Shown here one piece after another: positions 13,478 through 25,980 of a stretch of DNA of 64,000 nt. Made by a program: the position numbers and the translations under genes. The notes beneath the pieces are model-generated. The model searched no databases and was not told where the DNA came from. It saw only the letters and a program-made list of their open reading frames with translations. Source of the DNA: Chiloscyllium plagiosum (taxonomy: Eukaryota); NCBI RefSeq assembly GCF_004010195.1, contig NC_057719.1, positions 17,718,165-17,782,164 of the forward strand. Direction: 5' to 3'. Numbering within the stretch: position 1 is the stretch's first letter; the number at the start of each line of letters is the position of its first letter.

Positions 13478-14802
13478 CAGAACAGAAACTAGCCCTTCGG
13501 CCTCCAAGCCTGTGCCAATCCAGATCTTCTATCTAAACCTGCCACCTATGTTCTAACGGTCTGTATCCCTCTGCTCCCTGCCCATTCATGTATCTGTCTC
13601 AATACATCTTAAATGTCGCTATCATTCCCGCCCCTACCACCTCTGCTGGCAATGCGTTCCAGGCAGCCACCATCCTTCTTTATCCATCTAGCTAGTACAC
13701 CTTGGACCCCATGCAACTTCACTTTCTCCATCAGCCTACCATGGGGAACCTTATGAAATGCCTTACTGAAGTCCGTGGATATGACATCTACAAGGAGGGA
13801 GGAAGTGTTGGGTATTCTAAAAGGCATTAAGGTGGACAAGTCCCCAGGTCCGGATAGGATCGATCCCAGGTTGCTGAGGGAAGCGAGAGTAAAAAACCTT
13901 CCATGCATATCTCCCCTAAATCTTTCCCCTCTCATTTTGAACTCATGACCCCCCTAGTAATTGAGTCCCCCACTCGGGAAAAAAAGTTTCTTGCTATCCA
14001 CCCTGTCTATACCTCTCATGATTTTGTAGACCTCAATCAGGTCCCCAATCAACCTCTTTCTAATGAAAATAATCATAATGTACTCAACCTCTCTTCATAG
14101 CTAGCACCATCCATACCAGGCAATATCCTGGTAAACCTCCTCTGCACCCTCTCCAAAGCATCCACACCCTTTTAGTAATGTGACGACCAGAACTGTATGC
14201 AGTATTCCAAATGTGGCCAAACCAAAATCTTATACAACTGTAACATGACTTACCAACTCTTGTACTCAATACCCCGTCCGATGAAAGAAAGCATGCTGTA
14301 TGGCTTCTTGACCACTTTATTAACCTGCGTAGCCACCTTTAGGGAACAATGGACCTGGACACCCAGATCTCTCTGTACATCAATTTTCCCCAGGACTTTT
14401 CCATTTACTCTATAGTTCGCTCTTGAATTGGACCTTCCAAAACGCCTCACCTTGCATTTGTTTGGATTGAACTCCATCTACCAGTTCTCTGCCCATCTCT
14501 CCAATCTAACTATACACTGCTGTATTCTCTGACAGTCCCCTTCATTATCTGCTACTCCACCAATTATAGTGTCATCTGAAACTTGCTAATCAGACCACCT
14601 ATACCTTCCTCCAAATCATTTATGTATATCACAAACAACAGAATACCACTGGTCACAGTTCTCCATTTTGAGAAACTCCCTTCCACTACTACTCTCACTC
14701 TCCTGTTACCTAGCCAGTTCGTGACCCATCCAGCGAGTTCACCCTGGACCCCATGCAACTTCGTTTTCTCCATCAACCTACCACGGGGAACCTTATCAAA
14801 TG

Positions 14803-15019
14803 AGGAGAAAGTGAGGTCTGCAGATGTTGGAGATCAGAGCTGAAAATGTGTTGCTGGAAAAGCGCAGCAGGTCAGGCAGCATCCAGGGAACAGGAGAATC
14901 GACGTTTCGGGCATAAGCCCTTCTTTCCTGAAGAAGGGCTTATGCCCGAAACGTCGATTCTCCTGTTCCCTGGATGCTGCCTGACCTGCTGCGCTTTTCC
15001 AGCAACACATTTTCAGCTC
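14803..15019. mobile_element. Palindromic Penelope-derived mini-element with hammerhead motif; perfect 89-bp inverted repeat; 14-bp TSD
   Basis: Arms 14837-14925 and 14931-15019 are exact reverse complements; TSD AACCTTATCAAATG at 14789-14802 and 15020-15033; CTGAAGA-A-GGGC-TTAT-GCCC-GAAACGTC at 14928-14955. Confidence 0.85.
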
Positions 15020-15951
15020 AACCTTATCAAATGCCTTACTGAAGTCCATGTATATGACATCTACAACCGTCCCCTCATCAATCATCTTTGTCACTTCCTC
15101 AAAGAATTCTATTAAGTTGGTAAGACATGACCTTTCCTGCAGAAAGCCATGTTGCCTATCACTGATAAGCCCATTTTCTTTCAGATGGGGATTGATCCTA
15201 TCCCTCAGTATCTTCTCCATTAGCATCCCGACAACTGACATTAGGTGCAGCAGTCTATAATTGCCTGGATTATGCCTGCTACCCTCCCACATATTAAATG
15301 TGGATTTATCTTCAAACAGCTGCTCCCAATCCATACTCCCCAGCTCGTGTTGAATTTTGGTATAGTTGGCCTTCCCCAAGTTTAGCACTCTTCCTTTAGA
15401 ACCACTCTCGTCTTTGTCCATGAGTGTTCATTCCTCAACACCAGGTTCAGTATGGCCCTTTCCCGAGTTGGACTATTTACATACTGCTCTAGAAAGCCCT
15501 CCTGGATGCTCCTTACAAATTCTGCTCCATCTACACCTCCAACACTAAGTGAATCCGAGTCAATGCTGGGAAAATAAAAATCCCCTATCACCACCACCCT
15601 GTTGCTCCTACATCTTTCCAGTATCCATTTACATACTTGTACCTCTATCCTACTCTCACTGTTGGGAGGCCTGTAGTACAGCCCCAACATTGTTACTGCA
15701 CCCTTCCTATTTCTGAGCTCTGCCCGTATTGCCTCACTGCTCGAGTCATCCATAGTGCCCTCCTTCAGCACAGCTGTGATATCTTCTCTGACCAGTAATG
15801 CAACTCTTCCACCCCTTTTACCTCCCTCTCTATCCCGCCTGAAGCATCGACATCCTGGGATATTTGGTTGCCAATCATGCCCTTCTCTCAACCAAGTCTA
15901 ATTATTAGCAATAACATTGTATCGCCAGGTACTAATCCAAGCCCTAAGTTC

Positions 15952-16668
15952 ATCTTTTACAATATATGTTAATGATATAGAAGATGGTATTAGCAATAAC
16001 ATTAGCAAATTTGCTGATGATACTAAGCTGGGTGGTAGGGTGAAATGTGAGGAGGATGTTAGGAGATTACAGGGTGATCTGGACAGGTTAGTTGAGTGGT
16101 CAGATGCATGGCAGATGCAGTTTAATGTGGATAAATGTATGGTTATCCACTTTGGTGGCAAGAACAGGAAGGCAGATTACTACCTAAATGGAATCAATTT
16201 AGGTAAAGGGACAGTACAAAGAGATCTGGGTGTTCTTGTACACCAGACTTGGCTTGTATACCCTTGAGTTTAGAAGACTGAGAGGGGATCTGATTGAGAC
16301 GTATAAGATTATTAAAGGATTGGACACTCTGGAGGCAGGAAACATGTTTCCGCTGATGGGTGAGTGCCGAACCAGAGGACACAGCTTAAAAATACGGGGT
16401 AGACCATTTAGGACAGAGATGAGAAGAAACTTCTTCACCGAGAGAGTGGTGGCTGTGTGAAATGCTCTGCCCCAGAAGGCAGTGAAGGCCCAGTCTCTGG
16501 ATTCATTTAAGAAAGAGTTGGATAGAGCTCTCAAGCATAGTGGAATCAAGGGTTATGGAGATAAGGCAGGAACAGGATACTGATTAAGGATGATCAGCCA
16601 TGATCATATTGAATGGTGGTGCAGGCTTAAAGGGCAGAATGGCCTACTCCTGCACCTACTATCTATTA
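15952..16668 (+). mobile_element. CR1 3' part (different subfamily) nested in opposite orientation
   Basis: FTIYVNDI...ISKFADDTKLGG...WQMQFNVDKC; TRGHSLKI...NFFTERVV; tail ggcctactcctgcacct. Confidence 0.9.
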
Positions 16669-19600
16669 TCTGCCTTACCTACACTTCATGCATTAAAACA
16701 AATGCACCTCAGACCATCAGCCCCTTTGCGTTCATCATTTGTTCCCTGCCTACTCTTCCGCTTAGTCACCCTGACTTCATTATTTAGTTCCTTACAGGCT
16801 TTAGTTGCTACCTTCTTACTATCCACTAATCTCCTCATTTGGTTCCCATCCCACTGCCACATTAGTTTAAACCCTCCCCAACAGCATTAGCAAAAGCATC
16901 CCCAAGGACATTGGTTCAAGATTGGCCCAGGTGTAGACCATCCAATTTATAGTACTCCCACCTCCCCCAGAACCAATTCCAATGTCCCAAAAATCCCTCC
17001 TGCACCATCTCTCAAGTCATGCATTCATCCTGCCTATTCTTTCATTCCTACTCTAACTAGCACATAGCACTGGTAGCAATCCTGAGATTACTACCTCTGA
17101 GGTCCTACTTTTTAACTTGGCTCCTAACTCCCTAAATTCTGCTTGTAGGACCTAATCCTGTTTTTTTTTACCTCAATCGTTGGTGCCTATATGCACCATG
17201 ACAACTGGCTGTTCACCTTCCCCCTTCAGAATGTTCTGCAGCCAATTTGAGACATCTCTGACCCGTGCATCTGGAAGGCAACACATCATTCGAGAGTCTC
17301 GTTTTCAACCACAGAACTGCCTATCTACTCTCCTTACAATTGAATCCCCTATGACTATAGCCCTTCCACCCTTTTTCCTGCCCTTCCATACAGTAGAGCC
17401 TGCCACAGTGCCGTTAGCCTGGCTACTGCTGCCTTCCCCTGGTGAGCCAGCTCCCCCAACAGTATCCAAAAGGGTATACCTGTTTTGTAGGGAGATGACC
17501 GCAGGGGACACCTGCACTACCTTCCTGCTCTTTCTCTGCCTTCTGGCCACACATTCCCTTTCTCCCTCAGCAATCCTAATCTGCGGTGTGACCAACTCAC
17601 TAAACGTGCTATCCACAATGCCCTTAGCATCGCCTATGCTCCAAAGTAAGCCCATCTGCAGCTCCAGAGCCGTCATGCGGTTTAACAAGAGCTGCAGCTG
17701 TCCCGAGTATTCGACAATTCTACCCAACTATCCACGCTAGCCATGCCTCTCATTGTTTTATATATTTCTGAGGTTGCCCCTCAGCCTCTGACATTCTAGC
17801 AAAAATAAATTTGTCCAATCTCTCTTTACAGCTAAGAGATGCGGTTGGGTGGGATTTGAAATCTAGGATCGGAATTTTAAATTCGATGAATCACTGGAAT
17901 GGGAGCCAATATAAGCTGGTGAATACATGGGACAACACATAAATGGAACTAAGTTCAAGGATATCAACCTCAATACCAGAATCAATGAAAGATAACAGTA
18001 TCCTTGCGCTGATCATGCCTTTCCTGCACTGACAGCTACTTGATCCCTGGTAAACACTGTCAGTCCCTGATGGACTGGAAAAATAAAAGAGAAAAAGCTC
18101 TTCTGACCCAAGGTACACCATCTTTGTGGGATTCAACAGTTCTGAATACAGGAAGGAGAGAATCTGTGTATGTTTTGCTAATTTAAAAACACAGTGCTGT
18201 TTTACAGGCACCTAACCATGCTGCTGAAATGAGTGTGAACAAAATACAATTCATATGTTAGGGGACAATAAATTTTGGATATTGAAGCCTGGAAAGAGTT
18301 GAGATAAGAGTCATTCATTTTCTTTGCATCGTACAGGCTGAGCTGTTATACTTCATTTTGACGCTGCCTGGAAGTAACCAACAGTGACTTTCAAAAGGGA
18401 ATTGGATAAATACTCGAAAAGCCAACTTTTACAGGACCATGGGGAATGAGCAAGTCAAGTGGGACAAACTGGATAGCATTTTCGAAGAGCCAAATGTCAA
18501 TATCCTATATTTTCTCATTCTAGGAGGGACGAGATTATACTGGAATTAGAAATCAAGGATCAGAGGAACTGGTACAAGTGAGGAATTCTGGTGCTGATGA
18601 TTTAAAAAAAAGGAGTTGGGGGACGCTATGTGCCCCTGACTTAACACACTGGACGGGTCAGAGAGAGGACAGAAAAAGAGATTGCTGGATATCTGTTTAG
18701 CTGCTCTCATCGATTGCTTAAATTTCAAATGGAAGCCACTTTTTTTTAACTGGCTTTAATCTAATGCTGTGGCAGAATCAATTATAATGCACAGACAACC
18801 AAAAGCTATTTTTCAATAATTAACAAACATGCATGAACTGAATCATGTAGCATTACCTTGATGGGTAAATTAATATAAGCCAGAGACCTCTAATAGTAAC
18901 AGAGGTCAATTGTTAAGACCACTCAGTCCTTGCCTAATCAGCTGCACTCTCACAACTCAATTTATTGCAGTCACTGATACACAGCAATGGAATGTCATAG
19001 TCAGGCTTCAAGCAGAAATAATAAAGATTTGCCTTATGCAACGGTTACTCTAATTGTTACAACTCAGCTGCCTCCTCAAACCCGAACCACCTGCCCTAAC
19101 CTATGCCCCGGCCTTTATCAACGACTGCTTTTAACCTCTTGGGTCTTTTCTTGAAATGTGCACTATGGTGCAAATTTTATTATTTGGCAGCTGAACTAAA
19201 TCTTCCAGCTGCGACCCTATTTTTGTTTGGCTGGCACAGACAGAGTGAGCCAAATGGCCTCTACCTGCACCACCAATTTCTATGATTCTACAATCAGGAA
19301 ATGAGATTCAAAGCGACATAACAAGCGTGATAGGAATATCCCGCTGCACGTGAAACTGGTCAGAAGCAGTTTCTGGACTAAGGCAGTTATCTGAGCAGAC
19401 CCCAGTTTTCTCAAGCTTCAGACGCAGCAGCCCTCCAGTTCGATATTAATACTGTCAACCCCAAGTGTATCTTCCCTATACAGAACCTGGAAGGAGGTCC
19501 CAGGAGTGGTATTGTATCCATTTAATGTGCAACCGCATCCTTCACCTTGGGTTTTACCTGCTTTTCCTGGCTTTAAACTAATCAATTAATCAGAGACAGC

Positions 19601-20984
19601 TGTTCAATTATACTTCAAAAAATTTACTGGCGATCTCTACAGCCATTTCCATATGGTTCCTGATGAGGGGAACTTTAATGACCTGCTCACTGCTACACTA
19701 CTGAATGAAGAATACTACTAATGTTTTTTCATTAAGACTGTCCCAGTACATTGTTTTTAATATGATAGCCTAATTCTTTATCTTTTACTGACAGGAGTTA
19801 ACACACTTCACCACCACCACGCAGACACCGCCCTCCCCCATCTTAAAGTAGAATGATGGGCAAATGAGACAATTTTCAGAGCACAAATAAATCTCAACTT
19901 CCTTTTCCTCCTACACCACTCAGAACCCTCCTCCCCACCCCTTCAATATATATATTTTATAGCCATTAAAACAAAACATAGCACAAAGAACATTCATCTT
20001 GTTGACTTGGGAATTCATTTTCTCACGTTGCTGAAATTCAGCATGAGCCATGCGACTAGGCAACTATTTCTGACAGCTTCAGACTGACACAAAGCCAAGA
20101 GAAAGAACTAAGTAAAATATACAGTGCCTTTAGAAACACGCAAGGGTTCCCACTTGAAAATACACACATCCACCTAACATATGGTTTTTTCATTAGGAGT
20201 GTTTCAGAGGTGAACTTGCAATTTAACTGGGAATTCTCAAAAAGGCACGAGGTTTTGCCATCCCCTCGCTGACCCTCGGAAACACTCTCACGGCTACCCG
20301 CCAGCATTTCCACAAAGATGCTTTTAAACGTTTTCAACCAAATTCCCTCAGATCTCTTCAGCACAGTACTGGCAATAGATCTGCACAGATCAGTCATCCC
20401 TACAGAGAAACAATGCTGTGTATTGTGACTCCCCATCTCCACCACCACCAATCACTTAAAAAGTGTGCTGCTGGCATCAAGCCACAGGAACTGGAGGAGA
20501 CCATTTGGCCAATCCAGCTCAACAGGTTTTCGACTGAACTCAACACTCTTCCCATTTTGAAGCTTTTCTCCAGACCCTCTCCATCCTTCTAACTGTCAAT
20601 AAGTGCATTCAACTGTCTCCGAAAGAACCTGTCTCATTTGTTTCAGAGACTTTTTTCCCCCTTTTAACTTATTCCATATGGCCATTTGCACAAATTCCCT
20701 AATCACTCCTAATTTTTAAATGACATCCCTTCGTTTCTGAGCCCTACTTTAAACTAAGGTGAAATAAATCACCAGGGAAGGTAACTGTAGCAAACAGATT
20801 TTCTTTAATAGGTTCAACAGGCAACAGATACTTTTCCGGGAGAGGCAAGGGAATAAGATAATGTTTCGATGACGCTGAGCTAAGCAAATGGTCTGCTGGA
20901 TTTGCGATTTTTTTTTACTGGGTCCTAACATGTTTTATATTTCTATGGTGAACGCACAAAATAGACTACATCAAATGAGGACCT

Positions 20985-21170
20985 GATGGAGGCGAGTACA
21001 GCTACAACATTTAAAACACATCTGAATGGGTCCCATGAATAGGAAGGGTTTAGATGGATATGGGCCGAATGCTGGTAAATGGGACTAGGTTAATTTAGGA
21101 TATCTGTTTGACATGAACGAATTGGATCGAAGAGTTTATTTCCATGCTGTAAATCTCTATGACTCTATGA
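20985..21170 (+). mobile_element. CR1 3' end
   Basis: acatttaaaacacatctg...gaagggtttag...tail ctctatgactctatgac. Confidence 0.8.
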
Positions 21171-23220
21171 CACTAAGTGAGGTAGGTTTTTAAGACTGAA
21201 ATATTGGTTCTTTCAATCAATATTTGCATTTATAAGAATAAGAAATTCCTGATGTGGTTTATTCTTCTAAATAAAATGCCACATTTTGTTTCAAAGCACT
21301 TACCGAGGGGTCACTAGACACCTAGCCAGCAGGATTATTACTATTTTATCGGAATTCTTCCCACCCTTTCTGATTTGATGTTGTTTATGATCTCCTTGGG
21401 ATCTTGCTTCTTCCTAGATGCACTGGTCAAGTGACCTCTCTTCATTGGTACGCCTCGACAATGAATGGTGACAGCTCAACTGACCTTGCAACACCTTCCA
21501 GTGGAAGAGCATATATATTGGAAAAAGGATCACTGTAGGGATGGAACCTCTGGTTATTTCTCTGTCCTCTAAACCAAGGGACTGCGGCCATTTTCATGTC
21601 CTATTTGCCTGGTCAGTTGATGCCACAGATTGAGCCTGTGGTGCCACAGGCTTGTACAGTTCAAAGATCAGAACTTTCTCTTTAACCAGAGGAATGTCAG
21701 TCACAGGATAGGAATAATTACTCTTGCCGGCTTATAAAAATAAATTACATTTTTGATACTGCTAAAAGCCAAGGTGAAACACTGAAATGATTCAAGCCCA
21801 GAACCAACAGCAAATCTATCACATTATATACGGGACATTCTTGATGTACCAATTTGTAAAAATTACCATGAACCTGAGTGTAATTTTACTCTGTTCACAT
21901 TATTGTTTTAAAATTGACATCTCATGGTATCACTGGGGTTCTGATCTGGAAGAGTGGGCAAACCATACAGCATAAGAGAGCTGAACCATCACAAAGAGAG
22001 CAAATCATTAAACCATTAGTAAGAGACCGTCATTAATCCAGAATAGTCATGTTAATTCAGCTAACCTACACTGTTGGGCTCAACACATCCCCAATGACAC
22101 CATGAGTACCAGAATTACTTTTTGTTTAATTAGTTGAAATGCAATGAAAAGAAAGCTATTCACAGTTAAAGGCAAACTTACTGGCTGATAGATTCAAAAG
22201 TTTCAAAAAATTTATTCTGATCACAGGTTGACCATGATCCTCATCCCCCTCCCTTCAGCCTAATTTGAATGAGGCACATAACCGACTGTTAGGCTCTGGA
22301 TGAATGTAACACGGCACTGTGAAATCATGATCTCTCTTTCTTACACTATTCATGAATTCATAATACATTTAAAACTTAGCCTAGCTACTCTATAAAGGTA
22401 AGGAATAAATAAGGTGGTAATTTGATTTTCTTTACAGATTTATTTTTATTTATTAACTATGATCATTCCAAGCAATGATGCATAGAAGATCAATAACGGA
22501 CCAAATGCACTCTGTATTCCTTTCACATGTAACCACACTGCCTACAGCAACTGACTTTTGTTACTCTTTGAGAGAGCTTTCACTAGTATATATGTCTCTG
22601 TACAAATAAAGCCTGTTGAATAAAATTTCCACCTTTTAAATCCTGATTGCTTACTTTGACATTTCATTATAGTTCTTCTCAAGTAAGGAAAAATATATAG
22701 AGATCCATATGGATTAGATCTCCTGAAGGGGGTGCTATTTTGGTTCACTCAGGTCAGCAAGGGAACCCTCCGGCACTGTGAAGTTTTAACTTTGGAATAA
22801 CATCACCTTTACCACAAGTTAACAAGGATAAGAAAATACAAATAAAACAGAAATAGGCGGGAACTTCCCCCTTTATGTCATGCAGGACAGCCTGCCCAAA
22901 TCATGTGCAATTAAAAAGCCCAATCAGCTTCAGGGACAAATTGGCAAAGTTGCAGAGTGCCGATGCAAAAAAAGGACAGAAAATCCCTTCTATGTACAAA
23001 ATAAAACTTGACTTATTCAGTTGCCGTAAACCAGTGACACAGTGATTGTGTTAGAACAAGTTCCTGTAGGACTGAACCAATCCAACACTCTTTGCAAGTA
23101 CAGTGAGACATGATTGGTCAAAGTAAAATCACAAAGCCCTGTCTCTGGAATTTAGACCAGGAATAACTCAATTTTGGTGAGTTTATGAAACAGGCAGGAG
23201 AGGAGAATCATTGTAAGGCA

Positions 23221-23527
23221 CACTTACAAAAAAGCTTTGTATTTCGTTAACAATACAAAAGCAAAATACTGCACATACTACTTTTTTTTGTTACCTTACC
23301 AGGTAGAGATCTTTTCTTCAATTAGAAAAAATGTTGATATCGCAGCATGTGCTGTGGTTAGCTCGAGGGCACACTCACAAAAAGGCTTTGTATTTCATCA
23401 GCTACATAAAAGCAAAATACTGAACATGCTACTTGTTTTGTTACCTCTCTAGGTATAGATGTGTTATTTTTTAAATTAAAAAAAATGTTGATATCTCAGC
23501 ATGTGCTATGGTTAGCTCAGCGATGCA
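23221..23527. repeat. Diverged two-unit tandem duplication, period about 151 bp
   Basis: cacttacaaaaaagctttgtatttc...gatatcgcagcatgtgctgtggttagctc versus cactcacaaaaaggctttgtatttc...gatatctcagcatgtgctatggttagctc (second unit from 23372). Confidence 0.85.
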
Positions 23528-24672
23528 TAGTTATTAGTCGATGAGATTTCATAAAAATCAATCAGAGGATGGCTAATTGAAAACCTCAGATTGTTAACAG
23601 TTATGTTTTCCATTAGCTTCTATCGTAGTAAATCTACACAAACCTCCTGCCTAATCCCACGAGCCAATGTACAGACAGTATTTTAATTTTAATGGAGCTA
23701 TGCAGAGCATACATTTAGCAACTAAGTGGTAATTGACATTACACAGACACAGTCTCATAGCCACATTATATAGGTTAGCGAATACAGAGGGGAGTCATTA
23801 ATGGGGCAGAGCAAACAAATGATAATGTATGTATGCAGTGCTGAACGATGTGATGTTGAGAGTGTTGGGTCTTGTGGGATTTATAAAACAGGAAAAAATG
23901 ACAACTGAGCACTAGTAAATTTGTCTCATTTGTCTATTAAATTAAAGGTCAGCCTTCTGACCTGAAACACAATAAAATATTATAACTTCAGAGTGGGCCT
24001 ATGTTGGTGCTTACTCAGTCTGACTCTTAGCAGACTTGCAATGCTTTGCATCTAGTGCCAGCTTCATTCACTTGGTAATACATTTGCCTCCACATTAAGG
24101 AGGTCGAGAGTTGAGATGTCACTGTGAACTCCAGCACCTAACGGAGGCCGAATTTTATACTGAAAAGAACAGCCAGGATATCAGGGGAATGGCCTTTTGA
24201 GATGTCAACTCATGCCTCATCCAGAATCACAGTCCTAACTGAAAACATTCTCCTGGTGTTCCTAGTCAACTTCCCTCATTCAGCTAACAGCAGCAAATGA
24301 GGAGTCAAAGCAATCATGTGCTTGTCTTCTGATGTGTACAGAACTGGCTGCTGTATTTGGCCAAATAACAACAGTCACTAACAGGCTTTTCTAGCGTAAT
24401 GGTAACATCCATACCTCTTGGTCAGGTCTAGGTTCAAATCTCACCTCTGTCAAAAGTACGGCTTAAAATGTCAGAACTACAGTTCGTATACTTCAAAAGA
24501 TCTATACCGTGTGTACAATATTCTGACCATCTGGGAAAGAGGTAAGAACACGCATTTACACAATATCTTTCATTCCCCCATTAAGCTTCTCAAAAGTGAA
24601 TATTTGCTTAATTTCTGATGAAAGGCATAAATAATAAATCCATTTCTCTCATTTCTCAAGTGCTGCAGAAGT

Positions 24673-24726
24673 GGGCAGCACGGTGGCACAGTGGTTAGCA
24701 TTGCTGCCTCACGGCGCCAGAGACCC
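24673..24726 (+). mobile_element. tRNA-derived SINE 5' head (HE1-like), truncated by gap
   Basis: gggcagcacggtggcacagtggttagcattgctgcctcacggcgccagagaccc (A-box). Confidence 0.85.
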
Positions 24727-25226
24727 NNNNNNNNNNNNNNNNNNNNNNNNNNNNNNNNNNNNNNNNNNNNNNNNNNNNNNNNNNNNNNNNNNNNNNNNNN
24801 NNNNNNNNNNNNNNNNNNNNNNNNNNNNNNNNNNNNNNNNNNNNNNNNNNNNNNNNNNNNNNNNNNNNNNNNNNNNNNNNNNNNNNNNNNNNNNNNNNNN
24901 NNNNNNNNNNNNNNNNNNNNNNNNNNNNNNNNNNNNNNNNNNNNNNNNNNNNNNNNNNNNNNNNNNNNNNNNNNNNNNNNNNNNNNNNNNNNNNNNNNNN
25001 NNNNNNNNNNNNNNNNNNNNNNNNNNNNNNNNNNNNNNNNNNNNNNNNNNNNNNNNNNNNNNNNNNNNNNNNNNNNNNNNNNNNNNNNNNNNNNNNNNNN
25101 NNNNNNNNNNNNNNNNNNNNNNNNNNNNNNNNNNNNNNNNNNNNNNNNNNNNNNNNNNNNNNNNNNNNNNNNNNNNNNNNNNNNNNNNNNNNNNNNNNNN
25201 NNNNNNNNNNNNNNNNNNNNNNNNNN
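24727..25226. other. Assembly gap (exactly 500 N; true size unknown) inside the BCL11B intron
   Basis: N run; the other gaps are at 597-617 and 50227-50726. Confidence 1.
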
Positions 25227-25528
25227 TTCTCTACAGTGTGCAGGCTCTTCGGTCTTACAAGTCCACACCGACCCTCCGAAGAGTAACCCACCCAGACCCA
25301 TTTCCCTCTGACTAATGCAGCTAACACTATGGGCAATTTAGAATGGCCAGTTCACCTGACCCGCACATCTTTGAACTGTGGGAGGAAACCGGAGCACCTG
25401 GAGGAAACCCACGCAGACACGGGAGAATGCACAAACTCCACACAGACAGTCGCCCAAGGCTGGGATTGAACCTGGGTCCCTGGCGCTGTGAGGCAGCAGT
25501 GCTAACCACTGGGCCACCGTGTCGCCCC
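25227..25528 (-). mobile_element. tRNA-derived SINE (HE1-like)
   Basis: Reverse complement starts gggcgacacggtggcccagtggttagcactgctgcctcacagcgccagggacccaggttcaatccc; CR1-like tail. Confidence 0.9.
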
Positions 25529-25659
25529 TACCTCTGTCAATACATTCCAAACGAATAGCCATTTGGAAAAAGACAGTGAGAATAACACGACCAGCGCAAA
25601 GCAACAATACATAATCTATTAATCTCCATTCCATTTTCACAAAATCACAGAATGATGAA

Positions 25660-25980
25660 CATTGATGTTCCCTGGGGTGGGGGAGTCCAGAACCAGAGAG
25701 CATAGGTTTAGGGTGAGGGGGAAAAGATTTAAAAGGGACCTGAAGGGCAACTTTTTCATTCATGTATGGAAATCAGCTGCCAGAGGAAGTGGTGGAGGTT
25801 GGTACAATTGCAACATTTAAAATGCATCCAGATGGGTAAGTGAATAGGAAGGGTTTAGAGAGATATGGGCCATGTGCTGGCAAATGGGACTAGATTAATT
25901 TAGAATATGCGATCGGCATGGACAAGATGGACCGAAGGGTCTGTTTCCGTACTGTACACCTCTATGGCTCTATGACTCTA
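25660..25980 (+). mobile_element. CR1 3' end
   Basis: accagagagcataggtttagggtgaggggg...gaagggtctgtttcc...ctctatgactcta. Confidence 0.85.

Larger units (their letters stand above)
13478..17700 (-). mobile_element. Near full-length, internally deleted CR1 LINE (ORF1 esterase, APE, RT) with nested insertions
   Basis: ORF1 'LQNRYTLL...RAIVIGDSIVRRVD' (17305-17727); APE 'FRRDREGGKRGG...LYYRPPN...IGDF' (15382-15891); RT 'QHGF...SCLTNLIEFFEEVT...DVIYMDFSKAFDKV' (15020-15290); 'ISKF', 'FNPNKCKV...QRDLGV' (14250-14776). Confidence 0.9.

Noticed and set aside
14846..15115. Recurring short ORFs 'MCCWKSAAGQAAS...'
   Set aside because: Translations of both arms of the palindromic mini-element, not genes.
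24570..25336. Long ORFs across N runs (also 50032-50833)
   Set aside because: Gap artefacts.
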